From Mobula hypostoma (taxonomy: Eukaryota), in assembly GCF_963921235.1 (NCBI RefSeq), contig NC_086097.1, positions 236,718,001 through 236,782,000 of the forward strand: 64,000 bases of DNA, read 5' to 3'. Position 1 is the stretch's first letter, and every line of letters starts with the position of its first letter. The notes beneath the pieces are model-generated. The model had not been told where the DNA came from and ran no database searches. It worked only from the letters and a program-made list of their open reading frames with translations. The position numbers were made by a program, and so were the translations under genes. Positions 1 through 12,459 of the stretch are shown in pieces.

Positions 1-220
1 GCAACACGCATAAAATGCTGGGGGAACTCTGCAGGCCAGGCGGCACCTATGGAAAAGAGTACAGTCGATTTTTTGGGCTGAGACCCTTCGTCAGGACTGG
101 TGAAGGGTCTCAGCCCAAAATATCAATGGCTTACTCTTTTCCATAGATGCGGCTTGTCTACTGAGTTCCTCCAGCATTTTGTGGGTGTTGCTTGGATTTC
201 CAGCATCTGCAGTTTTTCTC
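1..220. mobile_element. Palindromic (head-to-head) Penelope 3'-repeat derivative, older degenerate subfamily
   Basis: The arms GCAACAC..AAAATGCTGG..GAGACCCTTCGTCAGGACTG and GTGAAGGGTCTCAG..CCAGCATTTT..GTGTTGC are inverted copies of each other. They resemble the 3' end of the Penelope element at about 20310-20448. Confidence 0.7.
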
Positions 221-314
221 ATCTTTAATTTTATATGATTTGAGAAACATTCAAATCATTCTACTTTTTTACTTACGGAATCCCAATGGCAAAGATTATT
301 TTCATGAGCTGGAG

Positions 315-450
315 ACACAAGAGAGACTGCAGAAGCTGGAGGTCTGCAGTAACACACAAAATGCAAGTGGAACTCAGCAGGTTAGGCAGCTTCTATGGAG
401 AGAAGTGAACAGTTGATGTTTCAGGTGAGACCCTTCATCAGGACTGGAGC
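315..450 (-). mobile_element. Penelope 3'-repeat fragment with a degenerate hammerhead motif
   Basis: The reverse complement of 410-446 reads CAGTC-CTGATGA-AGG-GTCTCA-CCT-GAAA-CATC-AACTG. Confidence 0.6.
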
Positions 451-506
451 AGCAGAGATCAAAGCCAACATTAACAGAGAGCAAGGGCAAGCAATTAGGA
501 AGGCAA

Positions 507-1650
507 TGCGCAAACTTAAAGCACACGGTATTGGGGGTAAGGTATTGGTGTGGGTGGAGAATTGGTTAGCAGACAGGAAGCAAAGAGTGGGAATAAACGG
601 GACCTTTTCAGAATGGCAGGCGGTGACTAGTGGGGTACCGCAAGGCTCAGTGCTGGGACCCCAGTTGTTTACAATATATATTAATGACTTGGATGAGGGA
701 ATTAAATGCAGCATCTCCAAGTTTGCGGATGACACGAAGCTGGGTGGCAGTGTTAGCTGTGAGGAGGATGCTAAGAGGATGCAGGGTGACTTGGATAGAT
801 TGGGTGAGTGGGCAAACTCATGGCAGATGCAATTTAATGTGGATAAATGTGAAGTTATCCACTTTGGTGGCAAAAATAGGAAAACAGATTATTATCTGAA
901 TGGTGGCCGATTAGGAAAAGGGGAGGTGCAACGAGACCTGGGTGTCATTATACACCAGTCATTGAAAGTGGGCATGCAGGTACAGCAGGCGGTGAAAAAG
1001 GCGAATGGTATGCTGGCATTTATAGCGAGAGGATTCGAGTACAGGAGCAGGGAGGTACTACTGCAGTTGTACAAGGCCTTGGTGAGACCACACCTGGAGT
1101 ATTGTGTGCAGTTTTGGTCCCCTAATCTGAGGAAAGACATCTTTGCCATAGAGGGAGTACAAAGAAGGTTCACCAGATTGATTCCTGGGATGGCAGGACT
1201 TTCATATGAAGAAAGACTGGATGAACTGGGCTTGTACTCGTTGGAATTTAGAAGATTGAGGGGGGATCTGATTGAAACGTATAAGATCCTAAAGGGATTG
1301 GACAGGCTAGATGCAGGAAGATTGTTCCCGATGTTGGGGAAGTCCAGAACGAGGGGTCACAGTTTGAGGATAGAGGGGAAGCCTTTTAGGACCGAGATTA
1401 GGAAAAACTTCTTCACACAGAGAGTGGTGAATCTGTGGAATTCTCTGCCACAGCAAACTGTTGAGGCCAGTTCATTGGCTATGTTTAAGAGGGAGTTAGA
1501 TATGGCCCTTGTGGCTACAGGGGTCAGGGGGTATGGAGGGAAGGCTGGGGCAGGGTTCTGAGTTGGATGATCAGCCATGATCATAATAAATGGCGGTGCA
1601 GGCTCGAAGGGCCGAATGGCCTACTCCTGCACCTATTTTCTATGTTTCTA
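507..1650 (+). mobile_element. 5'-truncated young CR1 (HER1-like) LINE with an open RT C-terminal half and 3' UTR
   Basis: ORF motifs GVPQGSVLGP, FADDTK, RPHLEYCVQFWSP, RRLRGDLI and FFTQRVVNLWNSLP; 3' tail TTTTCTATGTTTCT. Nearly identical to 38937-40402. Confidence 0.95.
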
Positions 1651-1654
1651 TAAT

Positions 1655-1858
1655 ATATAAAACTTTGACAAAATTCTGTAGCTGTGTGGTGGAGAGTATA
1701 CTGACTTGTTGCATCACAGCCTGGTTTAGAAATGCCAATGGGATTGAATAGAAAGTCCTACAAAAAATAGTGCATACGGCCCAGTCCATCGCGGGTAAAG
1801 CCCTTCCCACCATTGAGCACATCTACAAGGAGTGTTATCGCAAGAAAGCAGTATCTCT
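1655..1858 (+). mobile_element. Degraded Rex1/Babar-type LINE fragment
   Basis: Resembles the reverse complement of about 29500-29690 (..CAVESILT.CIT.W..). Confidence 0.55.
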
Positions 1859-2564
1859 GTTTTATGGTTCTATGTCAATGACCTTTCATCCAAACTTAGA
1901 AACATCGAAACTTCTGAAACAGTCTGAAATGTTTCTTTCTCAATAGATGCTGGCTGACCTCAGGACAGAATGCAGTGTTTGACTAATTGTTATAATTTTA
2001 GATTTAGTGTTTTTAGTTGGTGGAATATCATTGACTGTTTTCTTCTCTGTAATATTGCTTAATGTCATATTTGTGAACAATATATTTGTGTTCGTAAACA
2101 AGTTCTAATCCAGTTGTCATTTTTAACAAATCTTTACCTGTGTACCTGTTTAGTATTTCCTGCTCAATTATAAAATACCACACATCCATCTGTCATTCGT
2201 TGCTTCAGTGATCCAAATCCACTTGAATGCAATAAATCTGCCTTCGGCACAACATCTGGCTGCATGGTTCAGTGTCAGCGACAAATTTTTACATATTACA
2301 ATGGTGTTTTCCTGTGTGCATAACGTACAGGAAACTCTGCAGATTTCAACCAGTCATTAAATTCAGGTAAAGCTTTACTCCTTTTATCATCACCCTCCGC
2401 TTCCCATTGCCTGCATTGCTTTCAATGCAGTCTGCTAATTTGTTCTAACTTTGTGACCTACCAAAGTTTCTACTTGATTTAATTTCAGGTGATGATCAGA
2501 ATAAGGTGAATGGACATTGTAGGCGGAGGGGATAAGATCTTTCAGATCCTCTCGATTCTATTTC

Positions 2565-3005
2565 ATAGAGTCATAGAACTATAGAGCAGTATAACACAGA
2601 AAAATTACCTTCAGCCCATCTAGACCCTGCCAAACTATTATTCTGCCTTGTCCCACATTCTTGCATCTGGACCATGGCTACCCAAACCCCTTCCATCTAT
2701 GTACTGTACCTATCCAAATTTATCTTAAATGTTGAAACTAAACCTGTATCCGCCACTTCCACTGGCAGCTTGTTCCACACTCTCATGACCCTCTGATTGA
2801 AGAAGTCGCCTCGATGTTCCTCTTAAACATTTCGCTTTTCAGCCTTAACCCGTGACCTCTACATCTAATCTCAAACAACCACAGTGGGAAAATCCTTCTT
2901 GCATTTACCCTATCTACATATAGCCCTCATAATTTTGTATACCTCTACCAAATTTCCTCTCATTCTCCTATGCTTCAAGGAATAAAATCCTAAATGTTCT
3001 TCAAA
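2565..3005 (-). mobile_element. Degraded CR1 3' fragment
   Basis: The minus-strand peptide LGFYSLKHRRMRGNLVEVYKIMR is followed by a CR1-type 3' UTR. Confidence 0.75.
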
Positions 3006-3007
3006 CA

Positions 3008-3692
3008 GGAGGGGAGGAGAAGATGGCGGCGTGACGCAGCGCGTGCGGCCGCTCCGAAATGATATTGTGTTTGTTAAGTAGAGCCCGTGTACAATCCTGA
3101 TTTGATGGAGACAGATGTGAGAAGCATGGAGGAACATCTGCAGAAACCTCTGAAATGCCTGCTTCGCTGCTGCTGCTACTGTGCGATCAAGAATCTCCGG
3201 AGGGGAAGGCCCCAAATCCTCGGCTTTGCCTATTGCCGGGGCCGGGGTTGGAGCGCTCGGCAGAGATGGTGCTCGGTGCTCGGCGTCGGAGGGCTGGTTG
3301 GAGGCTCGAAGTTTTCGGACAGACTCAAGAGTCAGCTGTGGTCGGGTGCTTCCAGGGTGCTGCATCAGCAAGTTTGTGGCGATGGAGGTTCAGGGCAGGA
3401 AGAGTTTTTTTTCTTCCTTCTACCGTCTGCGTGAGATGATGGGGCTTTCGAGAGACTTTTGAGACTTTTTTTACCATGCCCGTGGTCTGTTCTTTATCAA
3501 AGTACAGTATTGTTTTGCACTGTTGTAACTATATGTTATAATTATGTGGTTTTTGTCAGTTTTTCAGTCTTGATTTGTCTTGTGTTTCTGTGATATCATT
3601 CTGGAGGAACATTGTATCATTTCTTAATGCATGCATTACTAAATGACAATATAAGAGGACTGTGTGTGTCCTCATAATCTAATCTAAAAAAA
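3008..3692 (+). mobile_element. Short non-autonomous retroposon inserted into the CR1 fragment
   Basis: Starts with a CpG-rich head GGAGGAGAAGATGGCGGCG (LINE-type 5' motif, YY1-like) and ends in AATCTAATCT plus an A-run. No recognisable protein. Confidence 0.55.
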
Positions 3693-4915
3693 TTGAGCTC
3701 TGGTGAGCTGAAGTTGAAAATATGCAACCTTCAAAAATTCAGCAAATTCGGTCACTATCCAGAATAAAGTTATACCCATCCCTCGTTGCATGTTCCTTCA
3801 CAGATCCTGCTTGAGACATGATCTACAGTTCACCGCTAGGATGCATAAAATGTGACACTTGTTTCTAATCACTGCTGAAATAAACAGTAATGAATAAAAC
3901 ACAGCCGGTAAAGATGGATTGGTGTAATTCAATTGAAGACAGCCAACAGAGATATAGATAAAGATACAGATTACATAGAGAAGAAATGCTTTAGGTCAAC
4001 GCTCTTCTTTGCGATACATTGTAAATCTTACTTCTGTCCAACATATTATTTGTTTAATACCAATGACATCCTACCAGATGAAATTGAAGTGTCACATCAT
4101 TTCAGTATGAATCCTAACATTTATCGTTTCTACACCCAGTCAAACTGGTTCTTGAAACATTTTTACAGGTTCTATTCTAACAGCTGTACCTATTGCTCAT
4201 GCGTATCATACATAGCCATATAACAATTACAGCACGGAAACAGGCCATCTTGGCCCTCCTAGTCCGGGCCGATTCCTGTGACTTAATTCTGTGACTTCAA
4301 TTTATGTAATTTCTTCTATCAAAAAATATACTCCCAACTTTTAGTCCATCTAGCAACACAACCAAAATCTGTGCATGGTTCCATTATCACTCTTTATAAC
4401 AGCATCCCACACCCAACTTTCTTCAAGGTATCTTACTGAATTTGAAGGGGTTATAAGAATTGAGGTGTATTTAATAGTACAGCACGATCTCAATTCCAAT
4501 CTCCATTGGACTTAAGCTTCTCTTTCCAAAGAAGCTCTTTAAAAGTTTGCTTCTTTACACAGTAAGATCGTTGAACTTTCCCCATTCCCATTGCTGGTCC
4601 TCTGACACTACCCATGATTCAAAATTCTCATCATCAATTTGCTAACCTTGAGGCATTTTATAGAACATTACGGTACAGTACAGACCTTTTGGATCATGCT
4701 GAAATGCTGACCATTTATCCTGCTCTAAGATCATTCTAACTGTTCCATCCCATATTTTTATCATTCATATTCTATCAAAGAGTCTCTTAAATTTCTTCAA
4801 TATATAGCTTAATTTTTTTTTCTTGTATTAGCCATTTTCAATTGGGAAAATATCTCTGGCTGTTCACTCAGTCACCTCTTCCTTCATTCCAAAGGGGAAA
4901 GCCCTAGTTTACTCA

Positions 4916-5700
4916 ACCATAAGAATATAAGAAATAGGAGCGGGAGTCGGCCTTCTGGCCCATCGAGTCTGCTCCGTCATTCAATAAGATGATGGCTGAT
5001 CTGGTCGTGGACTCATCGCCACCTACCTCCCTTTTCCCCATAACCCTAAATTTCCCTACTATGCAAAAATCTATCCAATCTTGCCTTAAATATATTTACT
5101 GAGGTAGTCTCCACTACTTCATTGGGCAGAGAATTCCACAGATTCACCACTGTCTGGGAAAAACAATTCCTCCTCATCTCCATCCTAAATCTACTCCCCT
5201 ATGTCCCCTAGAGAATATGTCCCCTAGTTCTAGCCTCAGCCACTAGTGGAAACAACTTTCCTACCTCTGTCTTATCTATCCCTTTCATAATTTTATATGT
5301 TTCTATAAGATCTCCTCTCATTCTTCTGAACTCCAGCAAGCAGGGTCCCAGGCAACTCAATCTCTCCTCATAGTCTAACCCCCTCGTCTTTGGAATGAAT
5401 CTGATGAGCCTCCTCTGCACCATCTCCAAATCCAGTATATCCTTCCTCAAGTAAGACGACAAGAACTGCATACAGTACTCCAGATGTGGCTTCAATAGTA
5501 CCCTGTACAGCTGCAGTATAACCTCCCTGCTCTTAAATTCAATCCCTCTAGTAATGAAGGCCAACATTCTATTTGCATTCTTGATAGCCTGCTGCACCTG
5601 CAAACCAACCTTTTGTGATTCATGCACAAGCACTCCCAAGTCTTTCTGCACAGCAGCGTGCTGCATTTTTTGACAATTTAAATAATAATCTGCTCTTTGT
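4916..5700 (-). mobile_element. Degraded CR1 LINE 3' portion
   Basis: ORF 5208-5717 contains KPHLEYCMQF and RRMRGDLIETYKIMKG; a CR1 3' tail lies at about 4916-4935. Confidence 0.9.
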
Positions 5701-6191
5701 GAAGGACCTATCTGCACAAGGCATGCACTCCAATTAAGGAGGCATCCTAGTAAAACTCTTTAACATCTCTGAAGCTTCCACTTCCTTCCTATAATGAGGT
5801 GATAAGAACTGAAAACAATATTCCAAGTGTGGCCTAAACCAGAGTTTTATAGAGCTGCAGCATTATCTCATGGCTCTTGACATGGAATAATTTGACAAAA
5901 TTTGCTTCATGAAGTTTTGCTTGTTAGGGATTTTTGAAACGACACTCTGTTTGCTCCCATTATTCTTCGGCAGTTTAAAGAAAATTTTCAGACTTTCTTT
6001 TTAATATGATTGGCACCATATTTATATGTTTTGACATAATGTTTATATTTTAATACATTAAAGATCTGTTAACATGCAAGAACACTTTAAGGCACAGAAA
6101 TCTCCATCCCCTGTTAATTTAAATCAGTACATACAACATGATGCCTCCTACATTGGAAGATGCAGTGAAGTGACTTATGGAGAAATAAGCA

Positions 6192-6432
6192 AACAACAGG
6201 CAGATGCTGGAAATTCAAGCAACACACATCAGAGTTGCTGGCGAACGCAGCAGGCCAGGCAGCATCTCTAGGAGGAGGTACAGTCGACGTTTCAGGCCGA
6301 GACCCTTCGTCAGGACATAGGAAAAACATGGTTAAGCTGCAAAAGGGTCTCGGCCTGAAACGTCGACTGTACCTCTTCCTAGAGATGCTGCCTGGCCTGC
6401 TGCGTTCACCAGCAACTTTGATGTGTGTTGTG
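6192..6432. mobile_element. Palindromic Penelope 3'-repeat insertion with a 14-bp TSD
   Basis: Inverted arms surround a filler of about 25 nt. The direct repeat TGGAGAAATAAGCA is at 6178-6191 and 6433-6446. Confidence 0.85.
6281..6316 (-). ncRNA. Minimal type I hammerhead ribozyme motif (intact core, helix I only 3 bp)
   Basis: Reverse complement: GTC-CTGACGA-AGG-GTCTCGG-CCT-GAAA-CGTC-GACTG. Confidence 0.65.
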
Positions 6433-7073
6433 TGGAGAAATAAGCATAATTTTACAAGTGAAAAGAGTTCATAATACAGATTCACATTACATCTCAGTGT
6501 ATGCTCCTTGCATTAAAGATCACGTCCATTTTTGCTATATCTGCTGCATTGGAGTCTTCTGCATCAAACAGTCATAGTGTATTACAGCATGAATGTAATA
6601 CTTTAAACCTTTTAATAGCTTTTGATAATTTTTAAACCAAAAAGTCCACGCTGACCATAGTTCACACCCAGCTAGTCCAAAGTTCCTGCATTAGGCCTAT
6701 ACCCCGCTTACTATTCTGGAGATATGCAATATAGCAACTATTAATTTCAACAACAACCAGTTTTCATACCTGAAAATGGATTGGAAATTGAATTTAAAAT
6801 GCAGCTCAGAAGAATGGTCTTCCTGAGCTGAATTTTAGGCTACGTCCAGACTACACCGGATAATTTGAAAACGCCAATTTCGAGTGAAAACAACAGGCGT
6901 CCACACTAAGCATTTTTCAAAATATCTCCGTCCACATTAGGCGGATATTTGGGGGAATCTCCTCCTACTGGGCATGCGCAGGACACACACAGAAAACAAG
7001 CGAAGAGGAAACGATATACTTCATGCGCGTTTGTCCAGTTACAGAGTAGAAAAACTTTAAAGGAATTGCTCTT

Positions 7074-10000
7074 TCTTTTTAAATCTTTTTATTGAGTAAG
7101 TATACAAAAAAGGTAAGCCATATAAACATTAATACAATGTTAAAGTATAATAAAATTCCAAAAAATATCAATACCAAAAAGAAATTACTACAAACAATGT
7201 AATTTAAACATAAGAAACCAAGATAACATAATAGTATACTAAATTTTATATATATCAATGGAAAAAAAAAGAAAAAAAAACCCCCAAAAAAAACCCACCG
7301 TGCAACTAACTAAAAGCAAAGCAAAGCAATGGGCTAACTTGAAACCAAACAGAGTTAAACTTAAAATCACGTCCTCAATCCCGACCTCCATTAAAAACAG
7401 TGAAAAAAAAAACAAGAAGGGTAAATATTACATTAAATGAAAATATCGAATAAAAGGTCCCCAAATCTGTTCAAATTTAAATGAAGAATCATAAAAGTTA
7501 CTTCTAATTTTCTCCAAATTCAAACATAAAATCGTCTGAGAAAACCAAAAAAAGGTAGTTGGAGCATTAAGCTCTTTCCAATGTTGTAAAATACATCTTT
7601 TCGCCATTAAAGTAAGAAATGCAATCATTCTACGGGCTGAAGGGGAGAGATTACTAGAAATTTTAGGTAGTCCAAAGATAGCAGTAATAGGGTGAGGAGA
7701 GATATCTATATTTAATACCTTAGAAATAATATTGAAAATATCTCTCCAAAAAGTTTCCAAAGCAGGGCAAGACCAAAACATATGAGTTAAAGAGGCTATC
7801 TGCCCCGAACATCTATCACAGAAAGGATTAATATACGAGTAAAAACGCGCTAACTTATCTTTGGACATATGTGCTCTATGAACCACTTTAAATTGAATTA
7901 GGGAATGTTTAGCACAAATAGAGCAAGTATTAACTAATTGTAAAATCTGCCCCCAATCATCCACAGAAATGGTAAGCCCCAATTCCTGTTCCCAATCTAC
8001 CCTAATCTTATCAAATGGAGCTTTCCTAAGTTTCATAATAATATTATAAATCATAGCCGATGCACCTTTCTGACATGGATTAAGGTTAATTATCGAATCT
8101 AAAATATATGTAGGAGGAAGCATTGGAAAGGAAGAAAGTATAGTACTTAGGAAATTTCTAACTTGTAAATATCTAAAAAAAATGTATTCTTGATAAGTTA
8201 TATTTATTAGATAATTGTTCAAAAGACATAAGGGAGCCATCTAAAAATAAATCCAAAAACCGTAAAATACCCTTAGTCTTCCAAGTTTGAAAAGCGCGAT
8301 CCGTAAAAGAGGGAGAAAAAAATATGTTACCTAAAATAGGAATCGCTAACCCGAATTGATTAAGATCAAAAAATTTTCTGAATTGAAACCAAATGCGCAA
8401 AGCATATTTAACTATCGGGTTAGAGACCTGCTTAAGACGTTTCGAATCAAAAGGGAGAGAGGAGCCTAAAATAGAACCAAGTGTATAACCCTGAACCGAT
8501 TGTAATTCCAATGCTACCCATTTAGGAATAGATAGTATGTCCTGGTCAAGTAACCAAAATTTCATATGTCGAATATTAATAGCCCAATAATAGAATCTAA
8601 AGTTAGGTAATGCTAAACCTCCATCTCTCTTAGCTTTCTGTAAATGTATTTTACCCAGTCTCGGATTCTTATTCTGCCAAATAAATGAAGAAATTTTAGA
8701 GTCAACTTTATCAAAAAAAGATTTTGGAATGAAAATTGGTAATGCCTGAAACACATATAAAAATTTTGGCAAAAAAAACATCTTAACCGCATTAATACGA
8801 CCAATCAAAGTTAAATATAAAGGAAACCATTTAGATGAAAGTTGAGTAATATGGTCTATTAATGGTAAAAAGTTAGTCTTAAATAAATCTTTGTATTTAC
8901 AAGTAATTTTAATCCCAAGATATGAAAAGTAATTATTAATCAATTTAAATGGAAATTTATAATATAAGGGAAGATGTTTATTAATCGGAAAAAGTTCACT
9001 CTTACTAAGATTTAATTTATAACCTGAGAAAAGACCAAATTGTGCTAATAACTCTAAAACAGCAGGAATGGATCTCTCAGGATTAGAAATATATAAAAGT
9101 AAATCATCAGCATAGAGTGATAATTTATGGGACTTTAATCCCCGAGTTATCCCAGTAATATTTGAAGATTCTCGAATAGCAATTGCAAGAGGTTCTAATG
9201 CAATATCAAATAATAGGGGACTAAGAGGACAGCCTTGTCGAGAACCACGAAAGAGAGGGAAAAAAGGTGAGTTTAAAGAGTTAGTACGAACCGAGGCTAC
9301 AGGGGAGTGATATAACAGTTTAATCCAGGATATAAATCTCAAGCTAAAATTAAACATTTCAAGCACCTTAAATAAATAAGGCCATTCTACTCTATCAAAA
9401 GCTTTCTCGGCATCTAAAGAAATAACACACTCAGGAACATTTTGTGAGGGAGTATAAACGATATTTAACAATGTACGAATATTATAAAAAGAGTAACGAC
9501 CTTTAATAAAACCCGTTTGGTCCTCCGAAATAATAGAAGGAAGTACTTTTTCTAGTCTATTTGCTAATAACTTAGAAAAAACTTTAGAATCAACATTTAA
9601 TAAAGATATTGGTCTATAAGATGCACATTGAGCAGGGTCTTTATCCTTCTTTAGTATTAGAGAAATTGATGCTCTATTAAAAGATTCAGGAAGTTTACCA
9701 AGTTTCAAAGAAGCCTCAAAAACACTACCGAGCCAAGGAATCAATAAAGAAGCAAAACATTTATAAAATTCAACGGTAAACCCATCAGGGCCAGGAGCTT
9801 TCCCCAGATTCATAGAAAAAATAACATTCTTAATCTCATCCATTGTAATGGAAGTATCTCAGAAGGAAGACATATCCTGTGAAATCTGAGGGAAGTCTAA
9901 CTCATCTAAAAAATCATTCATATATTTAGAATCTCGAGGAGACTCTGATTGATATAAAGAAGAATAAAAATCACAAAAGGTTTGATTAATCCCCACATGA

Positions 10001-11132
10001 TCCAGTATCAATCGATCATTTTGGTTATAAATCTGATTGATTTGAGATTTAACATAATTAGATTTCAATTGATTAGCCAGCAGCTTGCCAATTTTGTCAC
10101 TGTGAACATAAAAGTCACTTCTTGTTTTCTTTAATTGGTTTACAATCGAGGACGAGAGTAGTAAACTGTGTTCCATTTGAAGTTCAGTTCTTTGTTTATA
10201 TAACTCCTCAGAAGGAGCCATAACATATTTCTTATCAATTTCTTTAATCTTGTCCACAATTACCATCTCCTCCTGCTTCTGTTTCTTCCTCAAAGCAACA
10301 GAATACGAAATAATCTGACCCCGAATATAGGCTTTAAAAGTGTCCCAAAGAGTGTTAACCGAAATATCTTCTGTATGGTTAATTGTAAAAAAAAGCTCAA
10401 TCTGTTCATTCATAAAATTAACAAAGTCCGAGTCCTGAAGCAACAGCGAATTAAAACGCCATTGTCTATTATTCGGTATATTGGCCATAATTTTAATAGA
10501 AAGCTTAAGTAGAGCATGATCCGAAATGGTTATAGAATCATAATCACATTTAATCACTGAAGGAATAAGACGAGAATCAATGAAAAAATAATCAATTCTT
10601 GAATAGGAATGATGAACATGTGAAAAGAAGGAAAAATCTTTTTCCTGAGGATGCAGAAAACGCCAAATGTCCGTCGACCCAGAATCAGAAAGGAAAAAAT
10701 TAATCAGATTTGCAGATTTATTAGGTAAAGTCCGTAAAGGAGCCGAACGGTCCAAAGCTGGAGACAAACAGGTATTAAGATCTCCGCCCCAGATCAATGA
10801 AAACTCGTTCAAATTCGGAAACTGATCGAACAATGATTTATAAAATTCCGGACAATCCATATTAGGAGCATAAACATTAACCAAAACTACTTTTTTATTA
10901 AATAGTAAACCACTAACCAATAAAAATCTACCATTCGGATCAGAAATAATATCCTGTTGTATAAAAGTAACTGAGGAATCTATAAAAATAGAGACGCCTC
11001 GAATCTTAGCATTGGAGTTCGAGTGAAATTGTTGACCCTTCCAGAATTTGAAAAAACGTAGTCTGTCCCCCCTCCGTACATGGGTCTCTTGTAAAAATAA
11101 AATTTGTGCTTTAAGTCTCCGGAACACTTTAA
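7074..11132 (-). mobile_element. 5'-truncated L1-clade LINE with near-complete ORF2 and 3' UTR
   Basis: 15-bp TSD AAAGGAATTGCTCTT at 7059-7073 and 11133-11147; AATAAA and an A-rich tail on the minus strand at about 7074-7095. Confidence 0.95.
7428..11127 (-). pseudogene. L1 ORF2 (APE endonuclease, RT, C-terminal cysteine motif) broken by two frameshifts
   Basis: Three consecutive ORFs: 9859-11127 (LQETH, NVYAPN, GGDLN, SRIDY, SDH), 8173-9843 (KAPGPDG, YRPISLLN, QGCPLSP, YADD) and 7428-8240 (CDRC..HMFWSC). Confidence 0.92.
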
Positions 11133-12459
11133 AAAGGAATTGCTCTTGGCTCTCGCACAGGAGGACTTAAAACTTAAAAAAAACAAATACTGGAGCGTAT
11201 GGAGGCAACCGACAGGACAGTATGACTCAGCTGACGACGAACATTGAAAAACTGACTAACTCTGTTACATTAATAAAGCACCTTGTTAAATGTATAAAAC
11301 GTCTGCATCAGCGTTATCTTGTATTTCCATACAATGTTACATTAGGCTTTTACACATCTATTGTCAGAGAAGTACTTGCATAAATAGGTAAACCACCTTC
11401 ATACAAGCAAGGACAGAAAACAGGGCGAAGTGAGTATACGTATTTATTCAGTAAGCTATGGGTCAACTGGCTTCAGTCTCGTCCGTCTGTTCTGAATTGT
11501 TAGGTGGTGGCGTTCAAGAAAACAACGAACATCTGTTCCAGGACGTCATGATAGCGTTTTTAAGTAGTCAAAAAAGCTCACTTTACAATTTAACTCTCAC
11601 GCCGTTCACATCGACTGCGCATTATTACAGCTTGCGCGGTACCAAGCGGAAGCCGAAAAATGCATTGTTGTTGTGGTGTTGTCATGACAGCGTTAAAATC
11701 TCTCCGGTTACTCCGTACACACTATACCAGATATTAAGCGTTTTCAGATTTATTCACTCTGGAGAGTGTTTTCGAAAATCTCCATTTTCGGGGGCTGAAA
11801 ACGCCGGCTCAGTGTGGACGAAGAGAAAAAGCTTCCTTTTCAAAATTATCCGGCGTAGTGTGGACGTACCCTAAGAGTAAGTTGCAGATGAGGGAACTTG
11901 CAATTGGCCTGAGAGGTCTACATATGCATGGATACAAGCAACACCCCATTGCATGAATATGCCTCAGACACCATAGTAATTAACACTCATTTTGGGTATA
12001 TCTAAATCTGTGCCTTGTAGTCTGGACTCAACTACCCTGGGGCAAAGACTGCTACTTTATCTGTGCCCCTTGTAATTGCAAATACCTATACAAGGTCACC
12101 TTTCATTCTGAAACATTCCAAACGTTGAAGATCTAGCCTGCCCAATCTAACCCTAAAGATTGGTCCCTCAAGTCATGGCTGTATATTTGGAAAATTTGTC
12201 TGCAACTTTTGCAATTTAACCCTATCTTTCCTATAACAGGTTGACCAGATCTGTGCACAGTACTCTCAATGTGGCCTTGACAACTCCTTATCCAACTCCA
12301 AAGCAATGTCCAAACTCAATGCCCCGTGTGAAAGCCCAGTATGCTAAACACCATTTTCACCACAATGCCTACCCGAAATCAGTTTTCAATGAACCACGCA
12401 CTTGTACTCCTGGGCTCCTTTCTTTCTTTACAAGCCCTAGTGCCCGACCATTCATGTTT

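Larger units (their letters stand above)
6838..11871. mobile_element. PIF/Harbinger-type non-autonomous DNA transposon (about 0.96 kb excluding the nested L1)
   Basis: Terminal inverted repeats GGCTACGTCCAGACTACACCGGATAATTTGAAAA and TTTTCAAAATTATCCGGCGTAGTGTGGACGTACCC, flanked by TTA (6835-6837) and TAA (11872-11874). Confidence 0.8.

Noticed and set aside
395..506. N-terminus of the 388-aa ORF (395-1561) as a novel fusion protein
   Set aside because: It is a chance in-frame read from a Penelope fragment and flanking DNA into a truncated CR1; there is no evidence of expression.
2207..2366. Possible host exon bounded by AG and CAG/GTAAAG
   Set aside because: All three frames contain stops and no protein is recognisable. 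A non-coding exon cannot be excluded.
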